Of a stretch of DNA of 64,000 nucleotides, positions 63,641 to 64,000 are shown in pieces. The position numbers and the translations under genes are program-made. Each line of letters begins with the position of its first letter. Positions within the stretch are counted from its first letter, which is position 1. Origin of the DNA: Mobula hypostoma (taxonomy: Eukaryota); assembly GCF_963921235.1 (NCBI RefSeq), contig NC_086108.1:39248001-39312000 (forward strand), read 5' to 3'. The notes beneath the pieces were generated by a model. That model worked only from the letters and a program-made list of their open reading frames with translations, had not been told where the DNA came from and ran no database searches.

Positions 63641-64000
63641 TACAATCTTTTTTTAAAAAGATAATTGACAGATGCAGAATGAACTGACATACTGCAATCG
63701 GTTAATATTTAGGAAGCCTGAGAACAGGGACATCACAATATGTCAGCAACAAACCATCTTGTGCTTAACCATGTTTTACACTGATTAAAACTAATGTAAT
63801 AATAAATATTTTGCTGCAAAATAAATGACAGATATCGTTTTGAATGGGAAGTACCTACAATGCCAACTGCTCCCCTCCTTTCCCCTCCCACAATACATTC
63901 TGGCATCAAAGAACTAAAGTCCATTTTCAGAATAGCATGTCAGAATATCAGCACACTCTTTTTTTTAAACTGAAGGGTGGAGAGAAGAAGGAACCACAAC

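Noticed and set aside
1..64000. CRISPR arrays, operons, rRNA or prokaryotic systems
   Set aside because: No regularly spaced repeats or gene-dense blocks; the sequence is vertebrate-type repeat-rich DNA.

Overview
Eukaryotic, AT-rich, repeat-dense DNA, inferred from its repeat repertoire (CR1, Rex1/Babar, Neptune-type Penelope, V-SINE, Deu-SINE) to be a cartilaginous-fish (ray/shark) intron or intergenic region. No host protein-coding gene could be recognised; every recognisable ORF is transposon-derived. Contents: many CR1 and Rex1/Babar LINE fragments (several nested), a 5'-truncated, frameshifted L1 whose 3' UTR holds a ~0.65 kb polypurine tract, Tx1, RTE and HERO fragments, Tigger, hAT and Kolobok-like DNA elements, and SINEs. 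The most striking signal is a Penelope-like element (PLE) family that carries a minimal type-I hammerhead ribozyme. It is inserted five times as TSD-flanked fold-backs (about 190-1560 bp) with the same asymmetry: the inverted arm stops about 40-45 nt short and the direct arm keeps a 3' tail. Other highlights are a multi-layer composite hAT MITE, a structured HERO 3' UTR and a possible decayed coiled-coil pseudogene. All family calls come from motif recognition by eye, not from database searches.
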